From Bacillota bacterium (GTDB taxonomy: Bacteria > Bacillota > Clostridia > Christensenellales > CAG-314), in assembly GCA_023458375.1 (NCBI GenBank), contig JAEWZT010000006.1, forward strand, positions 85,931 through 149,930: 64,000 nucleotides of DNA, in the 5' to 3' direction. Shown piece after piece: positions 37,649 through 46,737 of this stretch. The position numbers and the translations under genes are program-made. The notes under the pieces are model-generated. The model saw nothing but the letters and a program-made list of their open reading frames with translations, had not been told where the DNA came from and searched no databases. Within the stretch, counting starts at the first letter, position 1, and every line of letters starts with the position of its first letter.

Positions 37649-38764
37649 TTGAAAAACCTTAGGTGCTGGGCGGAAGTTAATTTAGACAATATCGCCCATA
37701 ACTACCATTTTTTTAAAGATACTTTGGGCGGCGAAATTATAGCCGTCGTAAAAGCCGACGCCTACGGGCACGGCGCGGCGCAAGTTTCCGAAAGGCTGGA
37801 AAAAGAAGGCTGTCGCTTTTTTGCCGTCAGCAACATTGAGGAAGCGTTGTTTTTGCGACAAAAGGGCGTTAAGGGCGGCATAATACTTTTGGGTTTTACT
37901 CCACTTCCGCGTTTTTACGCCGCATACAAAAACGACATAACGCTTTGCGTAAACAGTCTGTCTTATGCCAGAGAGCTTGATTCCCTCGCAAAAAAGTTAT
38001 CGGTAAAAGTTAAGTGCCAAATCAAGCTTGATACGGGCATGGGCAGAATAGGCTTTGACGCCTTTGACAAAAATATCTTGGGCGAGTTAAAAAGCGTTTA
38101 CGCTTTAAACAATTTAGAGATTACGGGGGTTTTTTCACATTTTTCTTCCGCCGACGGAGGGAAGAAAAGCGACATACGTTACACAAACAAGCAAAAAGAG
38201 CGATTTGGGCAAATCCTGCTCTTTTTAAAGGAAAACGGGCTTGACGCGGGGCTGTGCCATCAGGCTAACAGCGCGGCGGCGCTAAGCGGAAACTATAACG
38301 TCAAATACGCGTGCCGCATAGGCTTGGGGTTATACGGACTTAGCCCCAGCAAGCGTTTTAACGCTTTCTCCCTTAAACCCGCTATGGAATTGAAGGCTTG
38401 GGTAGTTTTTGTAAAACTTGCAAAAAAGGGAAGAGCAATAAGCTACGGGCGGCAGTATGTTACCAAAAAACCCACAAAAATAGCCACCGTAAGCATAGGC
38501 TACGCCGACGGTTACGACAGGCGTTTTAGCAAAGGGGGCGTAATGAGCGTTGGCGGCAAGCGCTCGCCCGTTATAGGCAGAGTTACAATGGATATGGCAA
38601 TGCTTGACGTAAGCGACGCGCCCTGCAAGGCGGGCGACGCCGTTACAGTCTTTGGGGAAAACGCCCTTACAATTTCTAATGCCGCTCAAAAACTTAAAAC
38701 CATTCCCTACGAAATAATATGCGGTATTTCTTCAAGGGTAAAAAGAATATACAAAGGCGATTAA
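37649..38764 (+). CDS. alr: alanine racemase
   Basis: WAEVNLDNIAHNY, the PLP-lysine motif VVKADAYGHG, and a C-terminal VSIGYADGY. The likely start is TTG 37649 after a GAGGGG RBS; the ORF track starts at 37541. Confidence 0.9.
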   Translation: MKNLRCWAEVNLDNIAHNYHFFKDTLGGEIIAVVKADAYGHGAAQVSERLEKEGCRFFAVSNIEEALFLRQKGVKGGIILLGFTPLPRFYAAYKNDITLCVNSLSYARELDSLAKKLSVKVKCQIKLDTGMGRIGFDAFDKNILGELKSVYALNNLEITGVFSHFSSADGGKKSDIRYTNKQKERFGQILLFLKENGLDAGLCHQANSAAALSGNYNVKYACRIGLGLYGLSPSKRFNAFSLKPAMELKAWVVFVKLAKKGRAISYGRQYVTKKPTKIATVSIGYADGYDRRFSKGGVMSVGGKRSPVIGRVTMDMAMLDVSDAPCKAGDAVTVFGENALTISNAAQKLKTIPYEIICGISSRVKRIYKGD

Positions 38765-38785
38765 ATAATAAAAGCGGGAGAAAAT

Positions 38786-40030
38786 ATGAAAAAATTCATT
38801 TCAAAAAATGACGTAAAAATTGAGGAAAAAATAAATGTCTTTGACGAAACCAGCCGCCTTAATAAGGTGCTGCTTCACCGTCCGGGCGGGGAACTGTTAA
38901 ACCTTGTGCCCGAGTATTTGCCGCAAATGCTTTTTGACGACATACCGTGGCTGGAAAAAGCCCGCGAGGAACATGACGCTTTTGCAAAAATATTAAAAGA
39001 CAGCGGCGCGGAAGTGCTTTATTTGGAGGATTTAACATGCGAAGCGCTTTCCGACAACGCCGTCAAAGAGGAATTTGTCAAACAATTCGTGACGGAAGGG
39101 CATATATACACCGAATGGGCGAGAGAAAACGTGGCAAAATTCCTGCTTGACAGACCCACAAAAGAAACGGTGCAAATGGCTATGAGCGGCGTCAGAAAAA
39201 GCCAGATGAAGTTTTCCAAAACGCATCTTGCCGACTTTATGGCGTCGGAATACCCCTTCGTGCTTCCCCCTATGCCCAACCTTTATTTTACCCGCGACCC
39301 TTTCGCGTTTGTGGGCAACGGCGTAATTCCCTGCAAAATGTTTACAAATCAAAGAAGCAGAGAAACTATTTTTGCCGAATATATTTTAAATTACCACCCC
39401 CGTTTTAAGCATTTAAATCGCTACTACGACAGAAACAACGTCTTTTCCGTTGAGGGAGGCGATATTTTGGTTTTAGGCAAGGGCGTTTTGGCGGTGGGCA
39501 TAAGCCAGCGCAGCCAAGTGGAGGGAGTTGAAAAACTTGCTAAAAATATACTTTTTAGCGGCGAAGAAACGGGCTTTAACACCGTTTTAGCAATAGACAT
39601 ACCAAAAACGCGCTCCTTTATGCACTTAGACACCGTCTTTACCGCGTTGTCGCACGACATTTTCACCGTTCACCCCGTAGTCTCAAAGCAATTTTATGCC
39701 TTTGCGCTTACCAACGACAAGGGCGCGCTTAAAATTGAAGAAAAAAGCGGCGCGTTGGAAGATATACTTAAAGAAGTATTAAAACTTGACAAAATCGTCT
39801 TAATTAAGTGCGGCGGCGAAAGCGCCATAGATTCGGCGCGTGAACAGTGGAACGACGGCGCAAACACCCTGGCTATTGCAGACAAAGAAGTAATCGTTTA
39901 CGCGCGCAATAACGTTACCAACGCGCTGTTAAAAGACTGCGGAATAAAGATACATGAAATGGCGTCCTCCGAACTTTCGCGCGGCAGAGGCGGTCCCCGC
40001 TGCATGTCAATGCCCATTAACAGAGGATAA
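38786..40030 (+). CDS. arcA: arginine deiminase
   Basis: 414 aa with PNLYFTRDP, MHLDTVF, and the catalytic Cys in GGPRCMSMP. Confidence 0.9.
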   Translation: MKKFISKNDVKIEEKINVFDETSRLNKVLLHRPGGELLNLVPEYLPQMLFDDIPWLEKAREEHDAFAKILKDSGAEVLYLEDLTCEALSDNAVKEEFVKQFVTEGHIYTEWARENVAKFLLDRPTKETVQMAMSGVRKSQMKFSKTHLADFMASEYPFVLPPMPNLYFTRDPFAFVGNGVIPCKMFTNQRSRETIFAEYILNYHPRFKHLNRYYDRNNVFSVEGGDILVLGKGVLAVGISQRSQVEGVEKLAKNILFSGEETGFNTVLAIDIPKTRSFMHLDTVFTALSHDIFTVHPVVSKQFYAFALTNDKGALKIEEKSGALEDILKEVLKLDKIVLIKCGGESAIDSAREQWNDGANTLAIADKEVIVYARNNVTNALLKDCGIKIHEMASSELSRGRGGPRCMSMPINRG

Positions 40031-40582
40031 AGCATTATTTAAGCTGATTTATAGGAAGCAAAGCATATTTAAGCTGACTGTATCGGAACCAAAGTCTTAA
40101 AAATAATAGGCAAGCGTCATTAATTAATCTTTGAAATTAGAACATTATTTGGTTTACGCCCGCTATTTGGCTTAGAAGAACATAATAAATCCGCTCATCG
40201 CTAAACAAAAAAATAGCCTAATCGCCCCGCGTTTTTGCCAGTTCTTTATCTGCCCCTTTTGATAAAATAAAAAGCCGCCTTAGAAAAACATCGGGCGGCT
40301 TTAAGTTAGGTATTTATAAAGGGTTTTTTTGTAAAAGAAGTTTTATGGAGGATTTGTCTTTTGATAATTTTTTATTCTTTTACGATTTGCTCCCTTTTAA
40401 TACTGCTAAGAAATATTTACACTTTTAGTATTTGCTTTTTATTTAGAATTAACTCGTTTGGGGATTTATTATTACTTTCATAAAGTAATTCCAACGGCTA
40501 AGTGAAACAGTATTGTAGCGTATCGCCGTTTAGCGTCATTTAGCGCCGCTCTTTGCCGCCTTTATCGTTAAGCTTTACTGAT

Positions 40583-41374
40583 TTATTTGTTAAGCTTTCT
40601 TTGCACAAGCTCGGGCAGAGCGAAAGAAATTACATCCTCGGCAAATTTTCCTGGACCGAAACCGGCGTCGTAGCCTAATTCTTTGGCGAGTTCGTGCGTA
40701 ATGCGCGCGCCGCCGCAAATTAAAACCACCTTGTCGCGCATATTTTCCGCTTCAAGCAGCTCCACCAAATTGGTAAGGTTTTCTATATGGATATTTTTTT
40801 GCGTTACCGTTTGTGAAACCAACAGTATTTCCGCTTTCATTTCCTTTGCCTTGGCGATAAACTCTTCGTTGGGCACTTGGCTGCCCATATTAAGCGTTTC
40901 AAGCATATCGTAGCGTTCAAGCCCGTAATGTCCCGCAAAGCCTTTTCTGTTCATAATGGCGTCAATGCCTACGGTATGCGCGTCGGTGCCCGTGCTTGCG
41001 CCCAAAATTATTACTTTGCGCCCAAAATATTTTCTTATATAGTCGTTGGTTTCATCCATGCTCATATTCACGCTGTCCACGTCCGCGACGGTAATTTCGT
41101 CGTAATTTATGGTATGCGCACAGCTCCCGTAAACGACATAAAAGGTGAAATCCTTTGAAAGCGGCATTGCGTGAGCTACGTTAGGCTCAATTATGCCCAT
41201 TTTTCTTGCGTATTCAGCCGCCGCTTCCGCCCCCTTGGCGTTGTTGGCAACGGGCAGGGTAAAGCTTAGCTGAACTTTTCCGTCCCCTACGGTGTCGCCG
41301 TAAGGGCGCATTTTCTTGCTGTCTAAAACCCCGCTTTCTTTGGGTCTGTTTAAATTATAAAGCCCGCCGCTCAT
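40583..41374 (-). CDS. kamE: D-lysine/beta-lysine 5,6-aminomutase beta subunit (B12-binding)
   Basis: 263 aa. MRPYGDTVGDGKVQLSF plus a B12-binding Rossmann domain (STGTDAHTVG). Overlaps kamD (ATGA). Confidence 0.85.
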   Translation of the reverse strand: MSGGLYNLNRPKESGVLDSKKMRPYGDTVGDGKVQLSFTLPVANNAKGAEAAAEYARKMGIIEPNVAHAMPLSKDFTFYVVYGSCAHTINYDEITVADVDSVNMSMDETNDYIRKYFGRKVIILGASTGTDAHTVGIDAIMNRKGFAGHYGLERYDMLETLNMGSQVPNEEFIAKAKEMKAEILLVSQTVTQKNIHIENLTNLVELLEAENMRDKVVLICGGARITHELAKELGYDAGFGPGKFAEDVISFALPELVQRKLNK

Positions 41375-42933
41375 AGTTTCCCCTCCTTTTTAAGCATGAG
41401 CTTAATAAAAGGATTAAAGTATCCCTCGCTTTTCCTCACCACGCCGTCAAGTCCTTTGCCCCCTTGCGGGCTTCTTTTAATGGATGCGAATATTCCCCTT
41501 TCAAGAGTGCCGAAAAGCTTAAACTTCTCAATGTCCTCTAAAAGGGAACTTGCCTTTGTCAAAACCTCTTGCGCCCTTTTGACAATTATTCCGTCCTTTT
41601 TAAACTTAATTTCTCCTGAAATGTCCGCCATAGTATTAAAAACATATTTGGCGTTTTCTATCGCCAAAGCGCGGTCGGACATAAAAGGGGTGTGAATGGC
41701 TTCCGTCATCATGCCCAAAAGGTGTATTTTTTGGTCTGTGGCAATGCTTACAATATTAAAAAGCGCGTCCTGAACGTGACCTCTAAAAATATTGCCCGTC
41801 ATAAACTTTGTTGGGGGCATATATTTTAAGGGCGCTTTGGGAAATATTTCCCTCGCCATTTGCGCCTGTGCAAGTTCGTATAAAAAGCCGTTTTTAAAAG
41901 CGGGGTCTATTTCAAAAGCGTGCCCTAAGCCCATTTGTTCTTCTTTCAGTCCCGCTTTAAGGGCAAACTGCTCATTTAAAAACTGCGACGCCAAAACGGT
42001 ATGTGCCTCTTCAACGGCGTCTGCGGTAGTTAGATAGTTGTCTTCGCCCGTATTTATTATTACTCCCGCAAAACCATTTATTACCCTGCTGAAATACTGG
42101 TCTATTATGGTGCGCTTCATGTTTATGTCCCTAAACAATATGCCGTAAAGCGCGTCGTTAAGCATTACGTCAAGGCGTTCAAGCGCGCCCATCGCGGCGA
42201 TTTCAGGCATACATAGCCCCGAGCAGTAGTTGCAAAGCCTAATGTAACGCCCCTCTTCTTCCCCCGCCTTGTCAAGCGCCGCCCTCATAAGGCGGAAGTT
42301 TTCCTGCGTAGCGTATGTGCCGCCGAACCCTTCCGTCGTAGCGCCATAGGGAACGTAGTCCAAAAGCGACTGCCCCGTCGTCCTTATTACGGCAATTATG
42401 TCGGCTCCCTGCTTTGCGGCGGCGGTCGCCTGCGTAATATCCTCGTAAATATTGCCCGTAGCCACTATTAGATAAATTAGCGGTCCTTTTTTGTCGCCGT
42501 ATTTTTGCAGCAGCTCTTTACGTTTATTAACATTGGCTTTGATAATTTTTATGCGTTTTTTAGCCAGCTTATAAACGGCTTCTTCCACCTCTTCTTGGCT
42601 GTGGGAAGGCAAAAGGGTTAAATCAAGCTTTTTTTCCATGACGGCTTTTGCGATTTTTTGCGGCGCCATATTGGTTTCTAATATGGCGTTGCCCATATAA
42701 TATGCCGCGCCCCTTGCCAAAACGCCCTTGTCTACCAAGTGGTCTATTACGATATTGGGCAGCGGAACGCCGAACTTGTCAACTCCGTCAACGCCTAAAA
42801 GCCTTAAAAGCGCGCGCTCAACGGTTACGGTGGTATGCAAATCTATAAAGTCCTGCGTGTCGGAAGCTACCGCCTCGGCGTGCTTTCTGCACTTCGCCAC
42901 CAGCTCATAATTGAGGTTAATTTTACTTTTCAT
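41371..42933 (-). CDS. kamD: lysine 5,6-aminomutase alpha subunit
   Basis: About 520 aa TIM-barrel subunit. The likely start is MKSKINLNYELV at 42933. Position and size match KamD. Confidence 0.85.
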   Translation of the reverse strand: MKSKINLNYELVAKCRKHAEAVASDTQDFIDLHTTVTVERALLRLLGVDGVDKFGVPLPNIVIDHLVDKGVLARGAAYYMGNAILETNMAPQKIAKAVMEKKLDLTLLPSHSQEEVEEAVYKLAKKRIKIIKANVNKRKELLQKYGDKKGPLIYLIVATGNIYEDITQATAAAKQGADIIAVIRTTGQSLLDYVPYGATTEGFGGTYATQENFRLMRAALDKAGEEEGRYIRLCNYCSGLCMPEIAAMGALERLDVMLNDALYGILFRDINMKRTIIDQYFSRVINGFAGVIINTGEDNYLTTADAVEEAHTVLASQFLNEQFALKAGLKEEQMGLGHAFEIDPAFKNGFLYELAQAQMAREIFPKAPLKYMPPTKFMTGNIFRGHVQDALFNIVSIATDQKIHLLGMMTEAIHTPFMSDRALAIENAKYVFNTMADISGEIKFKKDGIIVKRAQEVLTKASSLLEDIEKFKLFGTLERGIFASIKRSPQGGKGLDGVVRKSEGYFNPFIKLMLKKEGKL

Positions 42934-44173
42934 TGCCGTTTTTCCTTTTCGTCCTTGCCAAATCCTTGGGTTCAAGCGACTTCGCGTCGCCTAAAATTAA
43001 CTTTTCCACGCCTATAAGGTTTTTCTTTTGCTTTTCGCATTGCTCGCAATGGCAAACGCTCGTATAATTCGTAGGCTGTGAATAGGCCGTGATTACGCCC
43101 TCAAAGTTTCTTAAAATCACCTTTTCGGGTGACTGCGAAATGAGATAGTTGGGCATTACGGGGATTTTCCCCCCGCCGCCCGGCGCGTCTATCACAAAAG
43201 TGGGGACGGCGTAGCCGCTGGTGTGCCCTCTTAGCCCCTCAATTATTTCAATGCCCTTAGACACGGGGGTGCGGAAATGTTTAAGCCCCATAGACAAGTC
43301 GCATTGATAAATATAATAAGGACGGACCCTTATTTTGACAAGTTCCTGCACAAGCTTTTTCATTACGAAAAGGCAGTCGTTTACGCCCGCTAAAAGCACG
43401 CTTTGGTTGCCCAAGGGTACTCCCGCGTCCGCAAGCTTGCGGCAGGCTTCTTTGCTTTCTTGTGTAATCTCGTTAGGGTGATTAAAGTGGGTGTTAAGCC
43501 AAACGGGGTGATATTTTTTGAGCATTTCGCAAAGCCCGTCGGTAATGCGCTGCGGCATAACTACGGGGGTGCGCGTGCCTATTCTTATTATCTCAACGTG
43601 GGGAATGAGCCTTAGCCGCCTTATAATGTCTTCAAGCTTAGCGTCGGACATCATCAAAGCGTCGCCTCCCGACAAAAGCACGTCGCGAACTTCCTCGTGC
43701 TTTGCGATATAGTCAATACAGTCGTCAATTTGCTTAGCCGCGCAGGCGGTGTCCTTTTGCCCCGCAAAGCGCCTTCTGGTGCAATGCCTGCAATACATGC
43801 TGCACATATCGGTAATCAAAAAGAGAACCCTGTCGGGATAACGGTGCGTCAGGCCCTTAACGGGGCTGTCGGCATCCTCGTGCAAAGGGTCAAGCAAATC
43901 TTCGGGAGAAACAGTAAGTTCCTCGGAAGTGGGGATAGCCTGACGGCGTACGGGGTCAAAGGGGTTTGAAAGATCAATTAAAGAAAGGTAATAGGGAGTA
44001 ATAGCCATTCTCAATGTTGAAAGGCATTTTTTTATCCCCTCCTCTTCTTCCTGCGTAAGGGTGATGAGCTTTTTAAGCCCGTCAAGCGTTTCTATCCTGT
44101 TGGCGACTTGCCAGTGCCAGTCGTTCCATTTGTCTTGCGGAACTTCTGCGAAAAGACCGTTACGCGTTATCAT
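42923..44173 (-). CDS. kamA: L-lysine 2,3-aminomutase (radical SAM, PLP)
   Basis: CSMYCRHCTRRR cluster motif, LLSGGDAL, and C-terminal Zn-binding cysteines. 416 aa. Confidence 0.92.
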   Translation of the reverse strand: MITRNGLFAEVPQDKWNDWHWQVANRIETLDGLKKLITLTQEEEEGIKKCLSTLRMAITPYYLSLIDLSNPFDPVRRQAIPTSEELTVSPEDLLDPLHEDADSPVKGLTHRYPDRVLFLITDMCSMYCRHCTRRRFAGQKDTACAAKQIDDCIDYIAKHEEVRDVLLSGGDALMMSDAKLEDIIRRLRLIPHVEIIRIGTRTPVVMPQRITDGLCEMLKKYHPVWLNTHFNHPNEITQESKEACRKLADAGVPLGNQSVLLAGVNDCLFVMKKLVQELVKIRVRPYYIYQCDLSMGLKHFRTPVSKGIEIIEGLRGHTSGYAVPTFVIDAPGGGGKIPVMPNYLISQSPEKVILRNFEGVITAYSQPTNYTSVCHCEQCEKQKKNLIGVEKLILGDAKSLEPKDLARTKRKNGNEK

Positions 44174-44188
44174 TTTACCTTTTTCTCC

Positions 44189-45223
44189 TTAAATATATTT
44201 TTCTTCAAAAAGTTTGCGTATGCCTTGGTGCTCGCGCAAGACATTAAGCGTTATTTCGGCGTGGTTTTTGCAATAGCCGTTGCCGATTATCATATTTACG
44301 TCCTTGCCTATGCCCTCTGCGCCCAGCGCCGCCTTAGTAAAGCTTGTCGCCATAGAGAAGAAATAGACTATTCCCCCCTCGCGGACGGGCAGAATTGTGG
44401 ACATCTCGGTGTTATGCACGTTTACGCAGTTAATCGACACATCGTATTCGCGCCCCAAGTTTGCCGCCAAAGACTTTTCAAGCACCTCTACGGGCATATC
44501 GGCGGAGGCAAGCACAACTTCGTCGGCTATGCCAAGGGATAACAGAGTGTCGGCATAAGCCTGTTTTCTTACGACGCCCACTACCCTGCCCTTGCTTCCC
44601 GCTTTCTTTTTAGCTTCGTAGCACACTAAAACTCCGCTTTTTCCGCCGGCGCCAAGCACAAGCACGCTGTCGCCCTCTTTGACGAGGTTTGCAGTTTGCG
44701 CGGGCGCGCCCGCAACGTCTAGCGCCGCTAAGGCAAGGTTTTCAGTCATGTCGGAGGGAAGCTTTGCGTAAATGCCGCTTTCAAAAAGCACCGCTTTTGC
44801 CACAACGTCAACTCTTTCTATTTCAACGTGCACGTCGGTAATTTTTTCAATTTTTAAAGGAGTTAAGGAAAGGGATACCAATGAGGCTACCGTGTCGCCC
44901 ACCTTTAAGTCCCTGTCCTTTAAGTCCTCGCCTATATAGGCGATTTTGCCTATAAACATGCCGCCGCTTCCCGTCACGGGGTTTTGCATTTTGCCTATAT
45001 TGCCCGTAATTTCCATAATTTTAGCGGCAATTTTTTCTTTGTCTCCCCCCGCTTCGTGCTTAATCTGCGTAAAGCTTGCGGAATCTATATTGAGCGATAT
45101 TACGTCGCAAAGTATTTCATTTGAGTAAAGAGTGGTAAAATCGTTGTCAAGGCGCTTTGCCGCTTGGGGCAAAATCCCTTTGGGTTCAATGACTCTGTGC
45201 GTTCCGTATTTATTTCCTTTCAT
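44189..45223 (-). CDS. kdd: L-erythro-3,5-diaminohexanoate dehydrogenase
   Basis: 344 aa with N-terminus MKGNKYGTHRVIEPKG and the Rossmann motif VLGAGGKSG. Conserved position in lysine fermentation clusters. Confidence 0.8.
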   Translation of the reverse strand: MKGNKYGTHRVIEPKGILPQAAKRLDNDFTTLYSNEILCDVISLNIDSASFTQIKHEAGGDKEKIAAKIMEITGNIGKMQNPVTGSGGMFIGKIAYIGEDLKDRDLKVGDTVASLVSLSLTPLKIEKITDVHVEIERVDVVAKAVLFESGIYAKLPSDMTENLALAALDVAGAPAQTANLVKEGDSVLVLGAGGKSGVLVCYEAKKKAGSKGRVVGVVRKQAYADTLLSLGIADEVVLASADMPVEVLEKSLAANLGREYDVSINCVNVHNTEMSTILPVREGGIVYFFSMATSFTKAALGAEGIGKDVNMIIGNGYCKNHAEITLNVLREHQGIRKLFEEKYI

Positions 45224-45237
45224 AGGTCTCTCTCCTT

Positions 45238-46062
45238 TTATTTTTTGTCTATTGATAAAATTTTTCTGGCTTCTGCCGTCGTTGCGATTTCTCTTTCAAA
45301 GATTTTGGCTATTTGCACGACTTTTTCCACAAGCTGGGCGTTGCTTTGGGCTTTTACGCCCTTGCTTAGATACACGTTGTCCTCAAATCCTACCCTCACG
45401 TGCCCCCCCATAATAATTGCCATAGTCGCCATTGGAAAAGCCGCTTTGCCTATGCCCGAAACCGTCCAAGTCGCATCATGCGGAATGCTTTCCGCCATAA
45501 AAATAAGGTCGCGTGGCGTTGCGGAAATACCGCCGTTTACGCCCAAAACAAAGTTAAAGTGCATGGGTGAGGTGATAATGCCCTTTTTATTTAAACGCAG
45601 CGCCATATCTATCATGCCCTTGTCAAAAACCTCAATTTCGGGCTTAATATTTTTTTCCGTCATTTTCTTTGCAAAATCAATTATGGTGTTTTCCGTATTG
45701 ACAAAAATGTCGTCGCCGCCGAAGTTGCAGGTGCCGCAGTCAAGCGTCGCCATCTGCGGCAAAAGCTCAATGGGCTGCAACCGTTCTGCGTTGCTCATGC
45801 CTACTGCGCCGCCCGTGCTGGGTTGAATTATTACGTCGGGGCAAAGGGCGGAAATGGCGTCAATGCACTGCCTAAAACGCTTTGCGCTTTGCGTGGGGGT
45901 GCCGTCGTCTTCCCTTACGTGCAGGTGGATTATACTTGCGCCCGCTTTATATGCCAAAAAAGCCTCGCGCGCAATTTCCTCTACGGTATAAGGCACGGCG
46001 GCATTATGCTGTTTTGTTACTTCGGCGCCGCAAATGGCGGCTGTAATAATAAGTTTTTCCAT
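45238..46062 (-). CDS. kce: 3-keto-5-aminohexanoate cleavage enzyme (BKACE/DUF849)
   Basis: 274 aa: MEKLIITAAICGAEVTK...IIHLHVRE... Confidence 0.85.
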   Translation of the reverse strand: MEKLIITAAICGAEVTKQHNAAVPYTVEEIAREAFLAYKAGASIIHLHVREDDGTPTQSAKRFRQCIDAISALCPDVIIQPSTGGAVGMSNAERLQPIELLPQMATLDCGTCNFGGDDIFVNTENTIIDFAKKMTEKNIKPEIEVFDKGMIDMALRLNKKGIITSPMHFNFVLGVNGGISATPRDLIFMAESIPHDATWTVSGIGKAAFPMATMAIIMGGHVRVGFEDNVYLSKGVKAQSNAQLVEKVVQIAKIFEREIATTAEARKILSIDKK

Positions 46063-46067
46063 ATTTT

Positions 46068-46454
46068 TTACTTCCTTTGCTTATTTTTTGGCACTACGCA
46101 GGTGCCGCTAGCCCTGCAAACCAACACGGGCGGGTCTAAAACGTCGCACGCCGAGGGGGACAGGTCGGGGCGGGGGGCGATAACTTTTTTAGCCTCAAAA
46201 ACCATTTTGCGGCTGCTGTTTCCCACCGAAAGGATTTTTCCCGTAACTTCAATGTAGTCGCCCGCGTATACGGGGGCAAGGAACTCCACATTGTCGTAGG
46301 CAACGAAAAGCCCTTCGTCGCCGTCGTGGATAATTAAAAGTTCCGTTGCAGCGTCGCCGAAAAGCGCCAGCATTCTTGCGCCGTCAACAAGGTTTCCGCC
46401 GTAGTGCGCGTCGGCGTTGCTCATCCTCAAACGAATAGTTGATTTGACTTCCAT
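46068..46454 (-). CDS. kal: 3-aminobutyryl-CoA ammonia-lyase (hot-dog fold)
   Basis: 128 aa with [17 protein letters not shown]. First gene after the L-box. Confidence 0.75.
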   Translation of the reverse strand: MEVKSTIRLRMSNADAHYGGNLVDGARMLALFGDAATELLIIHDGDEGLFVAYDNVEFLAPVYAGDYIEVTGKILSVGNSSRKMVFEAKKVIAPRPDLSPSACDVLDPPVLVCRASGTCVVPKNKQRK

Positions 46455-46471
46455 TATTTACCTCCCGCAAT

Positions 46472-46692
46472 AAAAAAAGCTATCAGCATAGGGAAAGACC
46501 CTAAATACTAATAGCGCTTCAATTTTATAAAAATTGACAGTAACCCCGCAGCTTATGCGTGGCTCCCAAGGAAAAATCTAGCGGAAAACTTCTTCTCCTT
46601 TCGGCGGAAAACCCCTTTGCGCGTAAAGAGCCGCTCCTCTTATTTTGCCGCGCTACCTTGAATTCCGCTACCTCTATATTATTTAATTTACC
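46472..46692 (-). promoter_or_regulatory. lysine riboswitch (L-box) with intrinsic terminator
   Basis: The minus strand reads AGAGGTAGCGGAATTCAAGGTAGCG...GGAGCGGC...CAAAGGGG...GCCGAAAGGAGAAG...CCTTGGGAGCC...GGGGTTACTGTCAA, which matches the L-box core blocks. The terminator is GCTATTAGTATTTAGGG-tcttt-CCCTATGCTGATAGC plus T7 (46515..46472). Confidence 0.85.
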
Positions 46693-46698
46693 TTTTAT

Positions 46699-46728
46699 AT
46701 TATATAACAAAAACCTTTTCTTTGTCAA
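46699..46728 (-). promoter_or_regulatory. sigma-A promoter (TTGACA-18-TATAAT) driving the L-box leader
   Basis: On the minus strand, TTGACA is at 46728..46723 and TATAAT at 46704..46699. Confidence 0.7.
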
Positions 46729-46737
46729 CTGCCAAGA

